From NCBI GenBank assembly GCA_028687275.1, contig JAQUAK010000001.1, forward strand, positions 36,213-100,212: a stretch of 64,000 nucleotides of DNA. The letters run 5' to 3'. The notes beneath the pieces are model-generated. The model was not told the origin of the DNA. It did no database searches and saw only the letters and a list, made by a program, of their open reading frames with translations. Made by a program: the position numbers and the translations under genes. Numbering within the stretch: the stretch's first letter is position 1; each line of letters starts with the position of its first letter. Shown here piece by piece: positions 1 through 10,177 of the stretch. The DNA comes from Patescibacteria group bacterium (lineage in GTDB: Bacteria; Patescibacteriota; Patescibacteriia; Patescibacteriales; UBA12465).

Positions 1-1080
1 CGGTTAGTTAGATTAATGGAGGAGCATCCAAACTTAAATTTCACTGCTAATATTAGTGGCTGTCTTTTGGAGCGTTTACGAGATGAAGCTTATGTTGATA
101 TTTTAAATTCATTAAAATCTCTGGCAAAATCTGGTCGCTTAGAATTGGTGGGGTCAGCTGCTTATCACGCTTTTCTGCCTTATTTACCAGAATCAGAAAT
201 TATTTATCAAATCAAAAAACAAGAAGAAATTACTTTAGATATATTAGGTATTAATCTTAAGGATGGCGGTTTCTTTTTTCCGGAAATGGCCTACACACCA
301 TCCTTGGCAAAAATAGTTAAGAAATTAGGATACAGGTGGTTAATATTAGATGAGGCTTCTTTGCCTTCAACTTTAACTAATCAGCAGAATGCTTATATTG
401 ATAGCAATAGCGGTCTATTTGTGCTTGTTCGTCAAAGAGAATTCTCTAATGCCTATGCCCCAGATTTAATAAATAATTTATTACTTGAGAACAATCTTCC
501 AGATATGATAGTAACGGCCACCGATGCTGAGCTATATGGCTTACGTCATAAAGACCCTAGTGCTGAACTAGAGAAAATGGCCAAAATAAATGGCCTAGAA
601 ACAGTTACTATTACTAATTATTTTGATAATAGCGATAAATTATCTAAACTTAAATTTCAGTCAGCCTCATGGGAAACGAATTGGCAATTTGATAAGGGGC
701 AGCCTTTTGTTATTTGGCATGAGAAGGGTAATAAGACTCAGTCATTATTATGGGATTTAGCTGAATTGGCCATGAAGTGTGAACAGAAGTTTAAAAATGA
801 TAATAATTATACTTGGTGTCGCTGGCATTTAGATCGTGGTTTAGCAAGTTGTGCTTTTTGGTGGGCTAGTGGTCGTAATTTTTCTCATAATTTTGGGCCA
901 ATTGCTTGGAACCCAGATGAAGTGGAGAGTGGGCTTAATGATTTATTACGCTCCATTCGTTCTATTGAGAATAAAAAATCTTTGAAATATAAAATTAAAG
1001 CTGAAAAATTGGTCAGTGAAATTAGACGCGCTCTTTGGTTAAGACACTGGTCAGAACATTGGTTGGATGATAATGCGTAA
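1..1080 (+). CDS. Glycoside hydrolase family 57-like protein, 5' partial (frame open to window edge)
   Basis: Motifs 'GRLELVGSAAYHAFLP', 'FFFPEMAY' and 'TDAELYG' resemble the GH57 conserved regions (GQLE-type block, catalytic Glu in xPExAY, Asp in DxE). The 15 nt upstream of ATG16 are in frame with no stop, and the N-terminal GH57 block is missing, so the gene probably starts left of the window. Confidence 0.55.
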   Translation, partial: RLVRLMEEHPNLNFTANISGCLLERLRDEAYVDILNSLKSLAKSGRLELVGSAAYHAFLPYLPESEIIYQIKKQEEITLDILGINLKDGGFFFPEMAYTPSLAKIVKKLGYRWLILDEASLPSTLTNQQNAYIDSNSGLFVLVRQREFSNAYAPDLINNLLLENNLPDMIVTATDAELYGLRHKDPSAELEKMAKINGLETVTITNYFDNSDKLSKLKFQSASWETNWQFDKGQPFVIWHEKGNKTQSLLWDLAELAMKCEQKFKNDNNYTWCRWHLDRGLASCAFWWASGRNFSHNFGPIAWNPDEVESGLNDLLRSIRSIENKKSLKYKIKAEKLVSEIRRALWLRHWSEHWLDDNA

Positions 1081-1116
1081 TTATTAAATTTATTTCCGTA
1101 AAATCGGAGTGTATTT

Positions 1117-2160
1117 ATGAATAAAATATTAGCTTTGTTTGATGAAAAAGTTGTTCGCGAACTATTGGAGCGGGAGGTTTTGCCTTTGTATCCTGATTTT
1201 ACTAGAATTTTATCTTTAAAAATTAAACCATATAAAGAGTTTATCTGGACAAGTACCTATCACGTGGTGATTGCTTACCGGGTAACCTTTTTAGATATTG
1301 CTGGTGAGAAAAATAAATTGGAAATAGTTTGTTCGGCTCATAGCAATGAGCCAAGAGAAGTTGTTTTTAAGGTTTTGAAGTATTTAGAGAAAAGCGATTT
1401 AAGCGATGATAATATTGCCTTACCAAGACCATTATTTTTTAGCTCTGAGTATAACGGTACTTTTTATCGTGCGGTTGAGGGTAAGCATTTACTGCGTTTT
1501 ATTAAAGAGGGCAAGAAAATGAAAATTAAAAAGATGATTACGCAGTCAGCGTATTTGTTTACTCGTTTGCATAACTTAGGGTTACCGGAAGATTTAAGTA
1601 TTTTTAGTGATGCCAATCGTTCTTTGCAAACGGTAGTCCCTGGGAGAGATTTGATTGTACATGAGATCCGTGATCGTTTTGGCAATATTTATGTTGACAG
1701 CATTTCTGAGCTCTACGATTATTTTATTGCTGAAGAAAAAAAGTTTTTTAATAGCACTGATAGGCGTTGGTTAATTCATGGCGATGCTCATCCGGAAAAT
1801 ATTATTGCGGCTGGGAAAAATAGAATTGGTTTGATTGATTTTACTGATTTCTGTCCAGCTGATTTCGCTCGGGATATTGGTACGTTTATGCAGCAATTGG
1901 AATATAAAATTATGCGTCATTTTAATGATCAATCTCTAGCATCGGCCATGAAACAGTTATTCCTTAAGTCATATTTAGAATATTCAGGTTTAACGCTCGA
2001 TGCATCTTTGCAAGCCCGAATAGATCTTTATTACAATTGGACGGCTATCCGCACCGCCACTTTCTGGCTTTTAAAGCATGATTGTGAGCCTAATAAGGCG
2101 GCTAATAATATCGATAAAGTAAAAAACAATTTAATTACTAGATGCCACGCTCAGGATTAG
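1117..2160 (+). CDS. Phosphotransferase-family kinase (APH/choline-kinase-like fold)
   Basis: Brenner-type catalytic motif 'LIHGDAHPENII' followed by 'GLIDFTDF' (HGDxxxxN ... IDF/D). GGAG Shine-Dalgarno sequence upstream of ATG1117. Confidence 0.6.
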   Translation: MNKILALFDEKVVRELLEREVLPLYPDFTRILSLKIKPYKEFIWTSTYHVVIAYRVTFLDIAGEKNKLEIVCSAHSNEPREVVFKVLKYLEKSDLSDDNIALPRPLFFSSEYNGTFYRAVEGKHLLRFIKEGKKMKIKKMITQSAYLFTRLHNLGLPEDLSIFSDANRSLQTVVPGRDLIVHEIRDRFGNIYVDSISELYDYFIAEEKKFFNSTDRRWLIHGDAHPENIIAAGKNRIGLIDFTDFCPADFARDIGTFMQQLEYKIMRHFNDQSLASAMKQLFLKSYLEYSGLTLDASLQARIDLYYNWTAIRTATFWLLKHDCEPNKAANNIDKVKNNLITRCHAQD

Positions 2161-2238
2161 CTTAAGAAATATAGCAGACATTAATATCAGGATATAAAGA
2201 GTTGTATCAAAAAATTTAGACTATCTCTATGCTTCCAT

Positions 2239-2267
2239 TTGAGCTTTTATCCAGCTTTTTGTATAAT
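2239..2267 (+). promoter_or_regulatory. Candidate sigma70-type promoter for ftsK (TTGAGC-17 bp-TATAAT with extended TG)
   Basis: TTGAGC at 2239-2244, TG at 2260-2261, TATAAT at 2262-2267, about 43 nt upstream of the ftsK start. Confidence 0.4.
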
Positions 2268-2309
2268 GAAAGCGTAATTAATAATATCTTCGCTATTTAG
2301 CGGGGTTAA

Positions 2310-4871
2310 ATGTTTATGGCTAGAAAAAAGAAAAAATCGGACAATCCTTTTGATAGATTTAATCTGCCCGCCTTTGAGCTTGATGAGAGGGCTAAACGTA
2401 GTATTGTTATTGTTATAATTTTTGCTTTAGGTTTAATTTCCTTGCTCGGTCTTTTTAATATGTCTGGCCAGACCGGAATTTTTTTGTCTAAGTGGTTAAT
2501 TCTTATTTTTGGTTTTGGTAAATGGTTAGTGCCACTCATTTTATTATTTTGGGGCATCTTATTAGTAAGAGATAAAACCGTGGAAGTTAGGTTTAGTGAT
2601 TATTTAGGCCTTTTTCTTTTATTTATTTCTTATCAAACACTTTTTCATTTTTTCTTTGCTCAACAAAAATGGCTAAGTATTGTTAAGGAGGGTGCTGGTG
2701 GTGGGTATATTGGTTATTATCTAAGCACTGCCTTCGACTATGTTTTTGGTTTTTGGGGCGGAGTTATTATTTTAATTTGCTTGCTTTTAGTGTCCTTAGT
2801 TTTAGTGTTTAATACTTCTTTATCTAAATTAATTGGCCGTGAAAGTTTCTTTGGTTCTATTTTTAATGCCATTGCCGGTTCATTTCAAACTTTATTTACT
2901 TCATCGCAGACTGATGAAGATCGGATACGAGCCAAAAAATTAATTGCTGAGGCTCGATCCAGCGTACTTGATTCTTGGCAGAGTAAAGCTGTTGTCGAAG
3001 AAGAAGTAGACGAAGAAATCGAAGATGAAATTGTTGACCTTCAAAGAAAAATTTCAGCGTCGCAGCAAACTAAAAAACAAGAAAAAATTATTATCCCCAA
3101 AAAGAAAATTCGGATTGACATGCCTTTGGAGTTGTTAAGCGCAAAGTCGGGACAGGCCATAGGTGGCGACACTCAGGCTGCAGCTGAAAAAATAAAACAT
3201 ACTTTAGAAAATTTTGGCATCAATGTGACTATGGCGGAAACAAAAGTTGGGCCAACGGTTACGCAATATACATTTAAACCAGCTGAGGGCGTAAAAGTTT
3301 CTCGCATTATTACTTTAAATAATGACTTGTCACTTGCCTTGGCCGCTCATCCAATTCGTATTGAAGCGCCAATCCCGGGGCAGTCGTTAGTTGGCATTGA
3401 AGTTCCAAATAGAACTAAGGCAGTGGTTGGTTTACGTGAAATTTTAGAGGATAAGGTTTTTACTAGCCGTAAGCATAATATGATGATGGCTATTGGTAAG
3501 GACGTTTCTGGGACCTCTTGGATTTACGATTTAACTCGTATGCCTCATTTGTTAGTAGCTGGCGCGACTAACTCTGGTAAGTCAGTTTGTTTAAATACAA
3601 TTATTATTTCTCTTCTGTATCAAAATAATCCGGATGATCTACGTTTTATTATGGTTGATCCTAAGCGAGTGGAATTGCCGGCCTACAATGGTATCCCTCA
3701 TTTACTAACGCCAGTAATTACCGAAGTTTCTAAAACTATTAATGCTTTGAAGTGGTGTTTAAATGAAATGGACCGTCGTTACGATGTTTTGAATAAAGCG
3801 GGTAAGAAAAATATCCAAGGTTATAATGAGAGCAAGCCGGAAGAGAAGATGCCTTTTATTATTTTTATTATTGATGAGTTAGCTGACTTTATGATGACTT
3901 CAGGTAAAGAAATGGAGGCAGCTATTATTCGCTTGGCACAGATGTCTCGAGCTGTTGGTATCCATTTAATCCTAGCTACTCAGCGCCCGAGTGTGGATGT
4001 TATCACTGGTTTAATTAAAGCCAATATACCAGCTCGTATCGCTTTTTCGGTTACCTCTTTAGTTGATTCTAAAACTATTTTAGACGTGAGTGGTGCAGAA
4101 AAATTGCTTGGTCAAGGTGATATGTTGCTAACAACAGCTGAGTTATCTAAACCAAAACGTATTCAAGGCGCTTATGTGAGTGATCAAGAAATTAATGATG
4201 TCATTAGTTATATTAAGGAAAAGAGTGGTGAGGCAGAATATTTAGAGGGCGTAACCGATCGTCAGAAAGTGGCAGGGGTGGCTGGAGTAGGTCTTGATGG
4301 TACTCATGGCGATGAAGATGAATTAATGGAAGAGGCCCAGGAAGTTATTATTAAAGCCGGCAAAGCTTCAACCTCGTTATTACAAAGAAGATTATCAATT
4401 GGTTATGGACGGGCTGCTAAAATTTTAGACATGTTAGAAGATGCGGGTATTATTAGTCCTTCTAATGGCTCTAAGCCTAGAGAAGTGCTGGTTAGTCGGG
4501 AAGAATTAGAAGGTATGCGTAATCAGGGGATAAGTGCGGTGCCTGTTCATAAGCGTAATGAGGCTTCGGCGCCTGGTAGCTATTTGGATGAAGGTGATGA
4601 TGATACACTCGCTTTTACTGAAGATGCGGCTGAGGCGAATGAAGACATTGAAGTTAAAGATGATAAACCAGAAGTTGAGGGAGAAGATTTGGAGGCTGTA
4701 GAGACAACCCCAGACTTCCTGCTTGATGATGATGGCCCAGAAGATGATATTAAAGATGAAAATGAAATTTTAGGTGATATTAAATCTGACTCTGAAGAAA
4801 ATAATAATAAGAAAGATGTAAAGCCGCGGATATTTGATGATGAAGATGGAGGAATGTTTTTCAGTAAATAA
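2310..4871 (+). CDS. ftsK: DNA translocase FtsK/SpoIIIE with N-terminal TM helices, motor domain, gamma winged-helix and an acidic C-terminal tail
   Basis: Several N-terminal hydrophobic helices. Walker A 'GATNSGKS', Walker B 'IIDELAD', 'ATQRPS'. Gamma-domain-like 'ASTSLLQRRLSIGYGRAAKILDMLEDAGII'. The start could be ATG2316 (MARKKKK). Confidence 0.93.
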   Translation: MFMARKKKKSDNPFDRFNLPAFELDERAKRSIVIVIIFALGLISLLGLFNMSGQTGIFLSKWLILIFGFGKWLVPLILLFWGILLVRDKTVEVRFSDYLGLFLLFISYQTLFHFFFAQQKWLSIVKEGAGGGYIGYYLSTAFDYVFGFWGGVIILICLLLVSLVLVFNTSLSKLIGRESFFGSIFNAIAGSFQTLFTSSQTDEDRIRAKKLIAEARSSVLDSWQSKAVVEEEVDEEIEDEIVDLQRKISASQQTKKQEKIIIPKKKIRIDMPLELLSAKSGQAIGGDTQAAAEKIKHTLENFGINVTMAETKVGPTVTQYTFKPAEGVKVSRIITLNNDLSLALAAHPIRIEAPIPGQSLVGIEVPNRTKAVVGLREILEDKVFTSRKHNMMMAIGKDVSGTSWIYDLTRMPHLLVAGATNSGKSVCLNTIIISLLYQNNPDDLRFIMVDPKRVELPAYNGIPHLLTPVITEVSKTINALKWCLNEMDRRYDVLNKAGKKNIQGYNESKPEEKMPFIIFIIDELADFMMTSGKEMEAAIIRLAQMSRAVGIHLILATQRPSVDVITGLIKANIPARIAFSVTSLVDSKTILDVSGAEKLLGQGDMLLTTAELSKPKRIQGAYVSDQEINDVISYIKEKSGEAEYLEGVTDRQKVAGVAGVGLDGTHGDEDELMEEAQEVIIKAGKASTSLLQRRLSIGYGRAAKILDMLEDAGIISPSNGSKPREVLVSREELEGMRNQGISAVPVHKRNEASAPGSYLDEGDDDTLAFTEDAAEANEDIEVKDDKPEVEGEDLEAVETTPDFLLDDDGPEDDIKDENEILGDIKSDSEENNNKKDVKPRIFDDEDGGMFFSK

Positions 4872-4891
4872 TTTAAGCATAGGGATTAAAT

Positions 4892-4917
4892 AAAAAAGGC
4901 CTATTTTGGTCTTTTTT
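4892..4917 (+). terminator. Weak rho-independent terminator after ftsK
   Basis: AAAAAAGGCC / GGTCTTTTTT hairpin (one G-T wobble) followed by a T-run. Confidence 0.4.
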
Positions 4918-4960
4918 GTATAGTTTTTTCTTTTTACCTTTCTTGTTATAATATAAATGT

Positions 4961-6382
4961 ATGTTGAATAAAATAAAAAAATTAATACCAGTAAAAGCTT
5001 TTAAATTCTTACAACCAATTTACCATTTTATTATGGCTTACGTGGCTGCTTTGTATTACAAGTTTCCTAGCCGTAAGTTATTAATAATTGGAGTGACCGG
5101 AACCACTGGTAAAACTACTAGCGTTTATTTATTGTCTCGACTTTTATCTGATAATGGATATAAAGCAGGTTATACTTCAACTGCTCAGTTTAATGATGGG
5201 GAAAAGGAATGGTTGAATGATAAGAAGATGACGATGCCCGGACGTTTTTTTCTGCAAAAGAATTTACGTCGGATGATAAAAAATGATTGTCGAGTTGCTA
5301 TTATTGAAACAACCTCTCAAGGCATTGAACAATTCAGGCATCGTTTTATTAACTACGACTTATTGCTATTTACCAATTTATATCCAGAGCACATTGAGGC
5401 TCATGGGGGATTTGAAAATTATAAGCGTGCTAAGGGTAAGTTATTCGCTCATTTGAAAAAATGTAAGGACAAGTATCTTGATCAGGAAAATAAGGTGGTG
5501 TTGGGCGCTAGCGGATTAAGACAAACGGAGCTACGAAAAATTAAGAAGTCTATTATTGTAAATGGGGATGATGAGCAGGCCGCGTATTTTCTTTCTTTTA
5601 CTGCGGATAAAAAATATGCTTATACTAATAATGATAAGCTATCCATCAAAGATTTAATTATTCAGGCAGAGGAAGAGGTTAGTCCGACACCAGAATTATT
5701 TTTGTATGAACCTTTATTTTCTGGAACAGAAGGTTCTGATTTCCAATTTCTAAATCAACGTTATCACTTGCCGATTCTGGGCTCCTATAATGTTTATAAC
5801 GCCGTGTCTGCTTTGAGTGTCGCTCACGTCTTAAATATTGAGTCTGAAAAATTAGCCCTATCCTTGACTGATATTAAAACGGTTGTAGGTAAGATGGAAA
5901 AGATTGAGGCTGGGCAGGATTTTATCGTCTTAGTTGATTACGCTTTTGAGCCTAAGGCTTTAGCCTCTCTGTATGAAAATCTAAATAATTTTAAGTATCA
6001 GCGTTTAATTCATATTCTTGGCTCAACTGGTGGCGGGCGTGATCAGTCACGACGACAAATTCTTGGTAATCTAGCTGGCAAAGAGGCTGACATTGTTATT
6101 GTAACCAATGAAGATCCTTATGACGAAGACCCCAAAGTAATTATTGAGGCAGTTGCCTATGGAGCTGAAAATGCTGGCAAAAAGGAAAATAAAGATCTAT
6201 TTAAAGTGCTTGATCGGCGCGAAGCTATGGCGCTTGCTTTTAAGCTGGCTCAAAGTGGAGATCTCATTTTAATTACTGGCAAGGGCGCGGAACAGTATAT
6301 TTGTGGGAAAAATGATAGTAAATTAGCTTGGGATGACAGGAAAGTGGCCAAGGAAGAATTAGAGAGAATTAGGCGGAGTTAA
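4961..6382 (+). CDS. murE: Mur ligase family protein, MurE-like (UDP-MurNAc-dipeptide amino acid ligase)
   Basis: P-loop 'GVTGTTGKTT'. 'NLYPEHIEAHGGFENYKRAKGKLF' parallels the MurE 'NLxxDHLDxHGxxExYxxAKxxLF' block. C-terminal 'IVTNEDPYDEDP' occupies the place of the MurE DNPR block. The substrate cannot be told from sequence alone. Confidence 0.6.
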   Translation: MLNKIKKLIPVKAFKFLQPIYHFIMAYVAALYYKFPSRKLLIIGVTGTTGKTTSVYLLSRLLSDNGYKAGYTSTAQFNDGEKEWLNDKKMTMPGRFFLQKNLRRMIKNDCRVAIIETTSQGIEQFRHRFINYDLLLFTNLYPEHIEAHGGFENYKRAKGKLFAHLKKCKDKYLDQENKVVLGASGLRQTELRKIKKSIIVNGDDEQAAYFLSFTADKKYAYTNNDKLSIKDLIIQAEEEVSPTPELFLYEPLFSGTEGSDFQFLNQRYHLPILGSYNVYNAVSALSVAHVLNIESEKLALSLTDIKTVVGKMEKIEAGQDFIVLVDYAFEPKALASLYENLNNFKYQRLIHILGSTGGGRDQSRRQILGNLAGKEADIVIVTNEDPYDEDPKVIIEAVAYGAENAGKKENKDLFKVLDRREAMALAFKLAQSGDLILITGKGAEQYICGKNDSKLAWDDRKVAKEELERIRRS

Positions 6383-6786
6383 GCCCAGTCCACTTTATTA
6401 AAAAATATATTTATTCAACACTAGGCCTGAGATAAGGTGTGTATAAATTGTGTATTGACAAATGTTGACGAATATAATAATATAGATAATACAATCAAGT
6501 ATCAGGCATAATAATAATAAATTTATCGGTAAGGTGTAAAATTTTTTCCTATTCATCAATCCGATTTTTTTTGTATTATTAGCTTGAATTCACTTTATAA
6601 ATAATGATTATTCTAAAGTGATTATAAATAATAGCTGCAATTAAATATAAATTCAATAACTCAAGCTCATTTAAGTTTGAGGTTTTTTTGTTGAAAGCAT
6701 CTATTCTCATCATGATATAAAATTCGGGCCGACTTATCGTCTATCTGCTTGACGGATGATGATTGGTTTGTTGCCCTTACAGCTCT

Positions 6787-9700
6787 ATGCCAAACACGAG
6801 CACAGTAGATAAAAAAATAGCTGAACGTAAATTTTTTACCGATTTTAAGGCCGCCATGCCTTTGCCGGATTTAATTGAAATTCAAAAAGATTCTTATAAG
6901 TGGTTTTTAGAAGAGGGTCTAATTGAATTATTCGATGAAATCAATCCAGTAACTGACTTTATCGGTCGGGATTTAGAGTTATACTTTGAAGATTACTATC
7001 TTGATGAGCCCAAGTTTACCGAGATAGAGAGTCGTTTAAAAAATATTACTTACGAGTCTCCTTTACGTGTTAAGACTCGTTTAGTTAACAAGAAGACTGG
7101 TCAGACGGTTAATCAAGAAGTTTATCTTGGTGATTTTCCTTTAATGACTGACAAGGGAACCTTTATTGTGAATGGCATTGAACGCGTGGTGGTATCACAG
7201 TTAATTAGATCAGCCGGAGTAATGTTTACCGCTGAATTTAGTAAGGGTAAGAAGTGTTATGGCGCTAAAATTATTCCTAATCGTGGCGCTTGGTTAGAGA
7301 TTGAAACTGATTCCAATAAAGTAATTTGGGTACGTATTGACAGAAAGCGTAAGGTGGCGGTAACTTCACTTTTACGTGCTTTTGGCTATGAGACTGATGA
7401 GGAATTAAAGAAATTATTTGCTGACGTTGACTTGGTTAAGGATGCCGATGAATTAAGTTTTATCGAAGCTACTATAGAGAAAGATATTGCCAAAGATGAG
7501 GCTGAGGGCTTACAAGAAGTTTATCGTCGTATTCGTCCTGGTGATTTAGCTTCTGTAGATAATGCTCGTCAATTAATTCATTCCATGTTTTTCCGTTTTG
7601 ATCGTTATGACTTCGGCCGGGTTGGCAGATACAAATTAAATCGTCGCTTTAATTTAGATTTAGCTAATAATAAAGAAAATAGAGTTTTAAGAAAAGAAGA
7701 CTTATTATTAATTGTTAAAGAGGTAATTCGTTTAAATATTACTAAAGAACTAGAAGATGATATTGATCATTTAGGTAATCGTCGTGTTCGGGCAATTGGT
7801 GGTTTAATCCAAAATCGTTTTCGTGTCGGTTTAGCCAGGATGGAACGTATTATTAAAGATCGTATGTCTACTACTGATATTGCGACCTTGACTCCAAATA
7901 AATTAGTTAACTCTCGTCCTGTTATTGGAGTGGTGAAGGAATTCTTCATGTCTTCGCAATTATCTCAATTCATGGATCAAACCAATCCTTTAGCTGAGTT
8001 GGAGCATAAGCGTCGTCTTTCAGCCATGGGTCCTGGTGGTTTGACCAGAGAAAGGGCTGGTTTTGATGTTCGTGATGTACATTCTACTCATTATGGACGT
8101 ATTTGTCCGATTGCTACGCCGGAAGGACCAAATATTGGTTTAGTTGGCCATTTAGCTAGTTATTCCAGACTTAATAGTTATGGCTTTTTAGAGGCGCCTT
8201 ATCGCAAGGTTAAGCATAGTAAAACAGGTAGTCATGTAACTGATGAAATTATATATATTGATGCCTTTGAAGAAGAAAAATATATTATTGTTGACTCTAC
8301 TATACCAACGGATGCCGCTGGCCGTTTTATGCCTACCCGCTATGAAGTAAGAAAGTTTGGTCAGCCAGGAATGGAGGACGTAGATAAAATTGATCTAGTT
8401 GGTGTGGCCGCTAATCAAATTATTTCTATTGCCACTTCGCTTATTCCTTTCATGGAACACAATGATGGACAGCGTTCACTTATGGGAACAAACATGCAAC
8501 GTCAGGCCGTGCCTCTGGTTAAGGCAGAAGCGCCTATAGTTGGTACTGGTGTTGAAGCAAGGGCTGCTCGTGATAGCGGGCATGTGGTGATTGCTAAGGA
8601 GGATGGTATTGTTGTTAAAGCTGACGCCGCTGTGATTGAAGTAGAAAATAAAAAAGGTCAGGTGATTAGATATTCTTTAAATAAATTTTTACGCTCAAAC
8701 TCTTCTACTTGTATTAACCAACATCCATTAGTAATGGTTGGGGACAAAATTAAAGCTGACCAAATTCTATCCGATGGACCGGCGATTGATAATGGTGAGT
8801 TATCTTTGGGTCGTAATGTGCTAGTAGCCTTTATGACTTGGGATGGCTATAACTATGAAGATGCTATTATTATTTCTGAGCGCTTAGTTAAAGAAGATAT
8901 TTATTCCTCAATTCATATTGAAAATTATACAATTGATGTGCGTGATACTAAGTTGGGTCCGGAAGTTATTACCAATGATATTCCTAATATCAGTGAAGAG
9001 AAATTAAAGAATTTGGACGAAGAGGGTATCATTCATATTGGCGCTGAAGTTTCTTCGGGTGATATTTTAGTCGGTAAAATTACACCTAAAGGTGAAACTA
9101 CTCTTTCCGCTGAAGAAAAATTATTACGTGCTATTTTTGGTGAGAAAGCTAAGGATGTGCGTGATTCATCTTTGTATCTTGAGCATGGTGAGCACGGAAA
9201 GGTGGTTGACGTGAAAATCTTCTCCCGTGAAGAGGGTGATAAATTAGCCGCTGGCGTTTTACAATCTATTCAGGTCTCAGTTGCAAACTTACGTAAGGTT
9301 CAGGTGGGTGATAAGATGTCGGGGCGTCATGGTAATAAGGGTGTTATTTCCAAGGTTGTGCCATCAGAAGACATGCCTTACATGGAAGACGGTACGCCAA
9401 TTGATGTCATCTTGTCTCCTTTAGGTATTATCTCACGTATGAACTTAGGACAGTTATTAGAAACTCACTTAGGTTTTGCTGTTCAGAAACTAGGCTATCG
9501 TGTTGCCACTCCTGCTTTAAATGGTATTACCGAAGATCAAATCAGGGGTGAATTAAAGAAAGCTGGTTTACCAGAAGATGGAAAAGTAACTCTTTATGAT
9601 GGCAAGACAGGAGAAGCATTTGATCATAAGATTACGGTTGGTTATAAATATGTTTTGAAATTAAATCATATGGTGGAAGATAAGATTCACCAGAGATCTA

Positions 9701-10131
9701 TTGGTCCATATTCTCTTATCACTCAACAGCCATTGGGCGGAAAAGCTCAATTTGGTGGTCAGCGTTTTGGAGAAATGGAAGTGTGGGCACTTGAAGGTTA
9801 CGGAGCGGCTCATACTTTACAAGAAATGCTCACTATTAAATCTGACGATGTTCCTGGCAGAAGTAAGGCCTATGAAGCTATTATTAAAGGTGAAGAAATT
9901 GAGAAACTTAATGTTCCAGAATCATTCAATGTGTTAATTCGCGAATTGAAAGGTTTAGGTCTAAGCGTTGAGTTGCTTGGTGGCAGTAATGGTCAGCCAG
10001 CCTCAGAAGTTGAGACGGAATTAGACATTGAAGAAAAAAAAGACGCCCGCTTTGATTATGATAAACCAGAAATAGTGGTCGCAGAAGATAGTATAGTGGA
10101 TGCCGAAGATTTGGCCTCTCAAAAAGAGTAA
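6787..10131 (+). CDS. rpoB: DNA-directed RNA polymerase subunit beta
   Basis: Unmistakable beta-subunit blocks: 'GTFIVNGIERVVVSQL', 'KRRLSAMGPGGL', 'GRHGNKGVISK', 'GGQRFGEMEVWALE'. The track ORF starts at a TTG (6763). ATG6787 (MPNTST) is the more plausible start. Confidence 0.97.
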   Translation: MPNTSTVDKKIAERKFFTDFKAAMPLPDLIEIQKDSYKWFLEEGLIELFDEINPVTDFIGRDLELYFEDYYLDEPKFTEIESRLKNITYESPLRVKTRLVNKKTGQTVNQEVYLGDFPLMTDKGTFIVNGIERVVVSQLIRSAGVMFTAEFSKGKKCYGAKIIPNRGAWLEIETDSNKVIWVRIDRKRKVAVTSLLRAFGYETDEELKKLFADVDLVKDADELSFIEATIEKDIAKDEAEGLQEVYRRIRPGDLASVDNARQLIHSMFFRFDRYDFGRVGRYKLNRRFNLDLANNKENRVLRKEDLLLIVKEVIRLNITKELEDDIDHLGNRRVRAIGGLIQNRFRVGLARMERIIKDRMSTTDIATLTPNKLVNSRPVIGVVKEFFMSSQLSQFMDQTNPLAELEHKRRLSAMGPGGLTRERAGFDVRDVHSTHYGRICPIATPEGPNIGLVGHLASYSRLNSYGFLEAPYRKVKHSKTGSHVTDEIIYIDAFEEEKYIIVDSTIPTDAAGRFMPTRYEVRKFGQPGMEDVDKIDLVGVAANQIISIATSLIPFMEHNDGQRSLMGTNMQRQAVPLVKAEAPIVGTGVEARAARDSGHVVIAKEDGIVVKADAAVIEVENKKGQVIRYSLNKFLRSNSSTCINQHPLVMVGDKIKADQILSDGPAIDNGELSLGRNVLVAFMTWDGYNYEDAIIISERLVKEDIYSSIHIENYTIDVRDTKLGPEVITNDIPNISEEKLKNLDEEGIIHIGAEVSSGDILVGKITPKGETTLSAEEKLLRAIFGEKAKDVRDSSLYLEHGEHGKVVDVKIFSREEGDKLAAGVLQSIQVSVANLRKVQVGDKMSGRHGNKGVISKVVPSEDMPYMEDGTPIDVILSPLGIISRMNLGQLLETHLGFAVQKLGYRVATPALNGITEDQIRGELKKAGLPEDGKVTLYDGKTGEAFDHKITVGYKYVLKLNHMVEDKIHQRSIGPYSLITQQPLGGKAQFGGQRFGEMEVWALEGYGAAHTLQEMLTIKSDDVPGRSKAYEAIIKGEEIEKLNVPESFNVLIRELKGLGLSVELLGGSNGQPASEVETELDIEEKKDARFDYDKPEIVVAEDSIVDAEDLASQKE

Positions 10132-10177
10132 TCATTTGCGTTTAAGCTTTAATCAATCACACATTATTTGATAATAT

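Noticed and set aside
6383-6786. 400-nt AT-rich spacer upstream of rpoB as a possible ncRNA or riboswitch (TTGACA/TTGACG boxes at 6455-6470, a small hairpin plus T-run at ~6658-6690, a CACTTTA/TAAAGTG inverted repeat near 6590-6625)
   Set aside because: The promoter spacings are non-ideal, the hairpin has only a 5-bp stem, and the repeats are short and AT-rich. The evidence is insufficient to call anything beyond a probable promoter and leader region for rpoBC.
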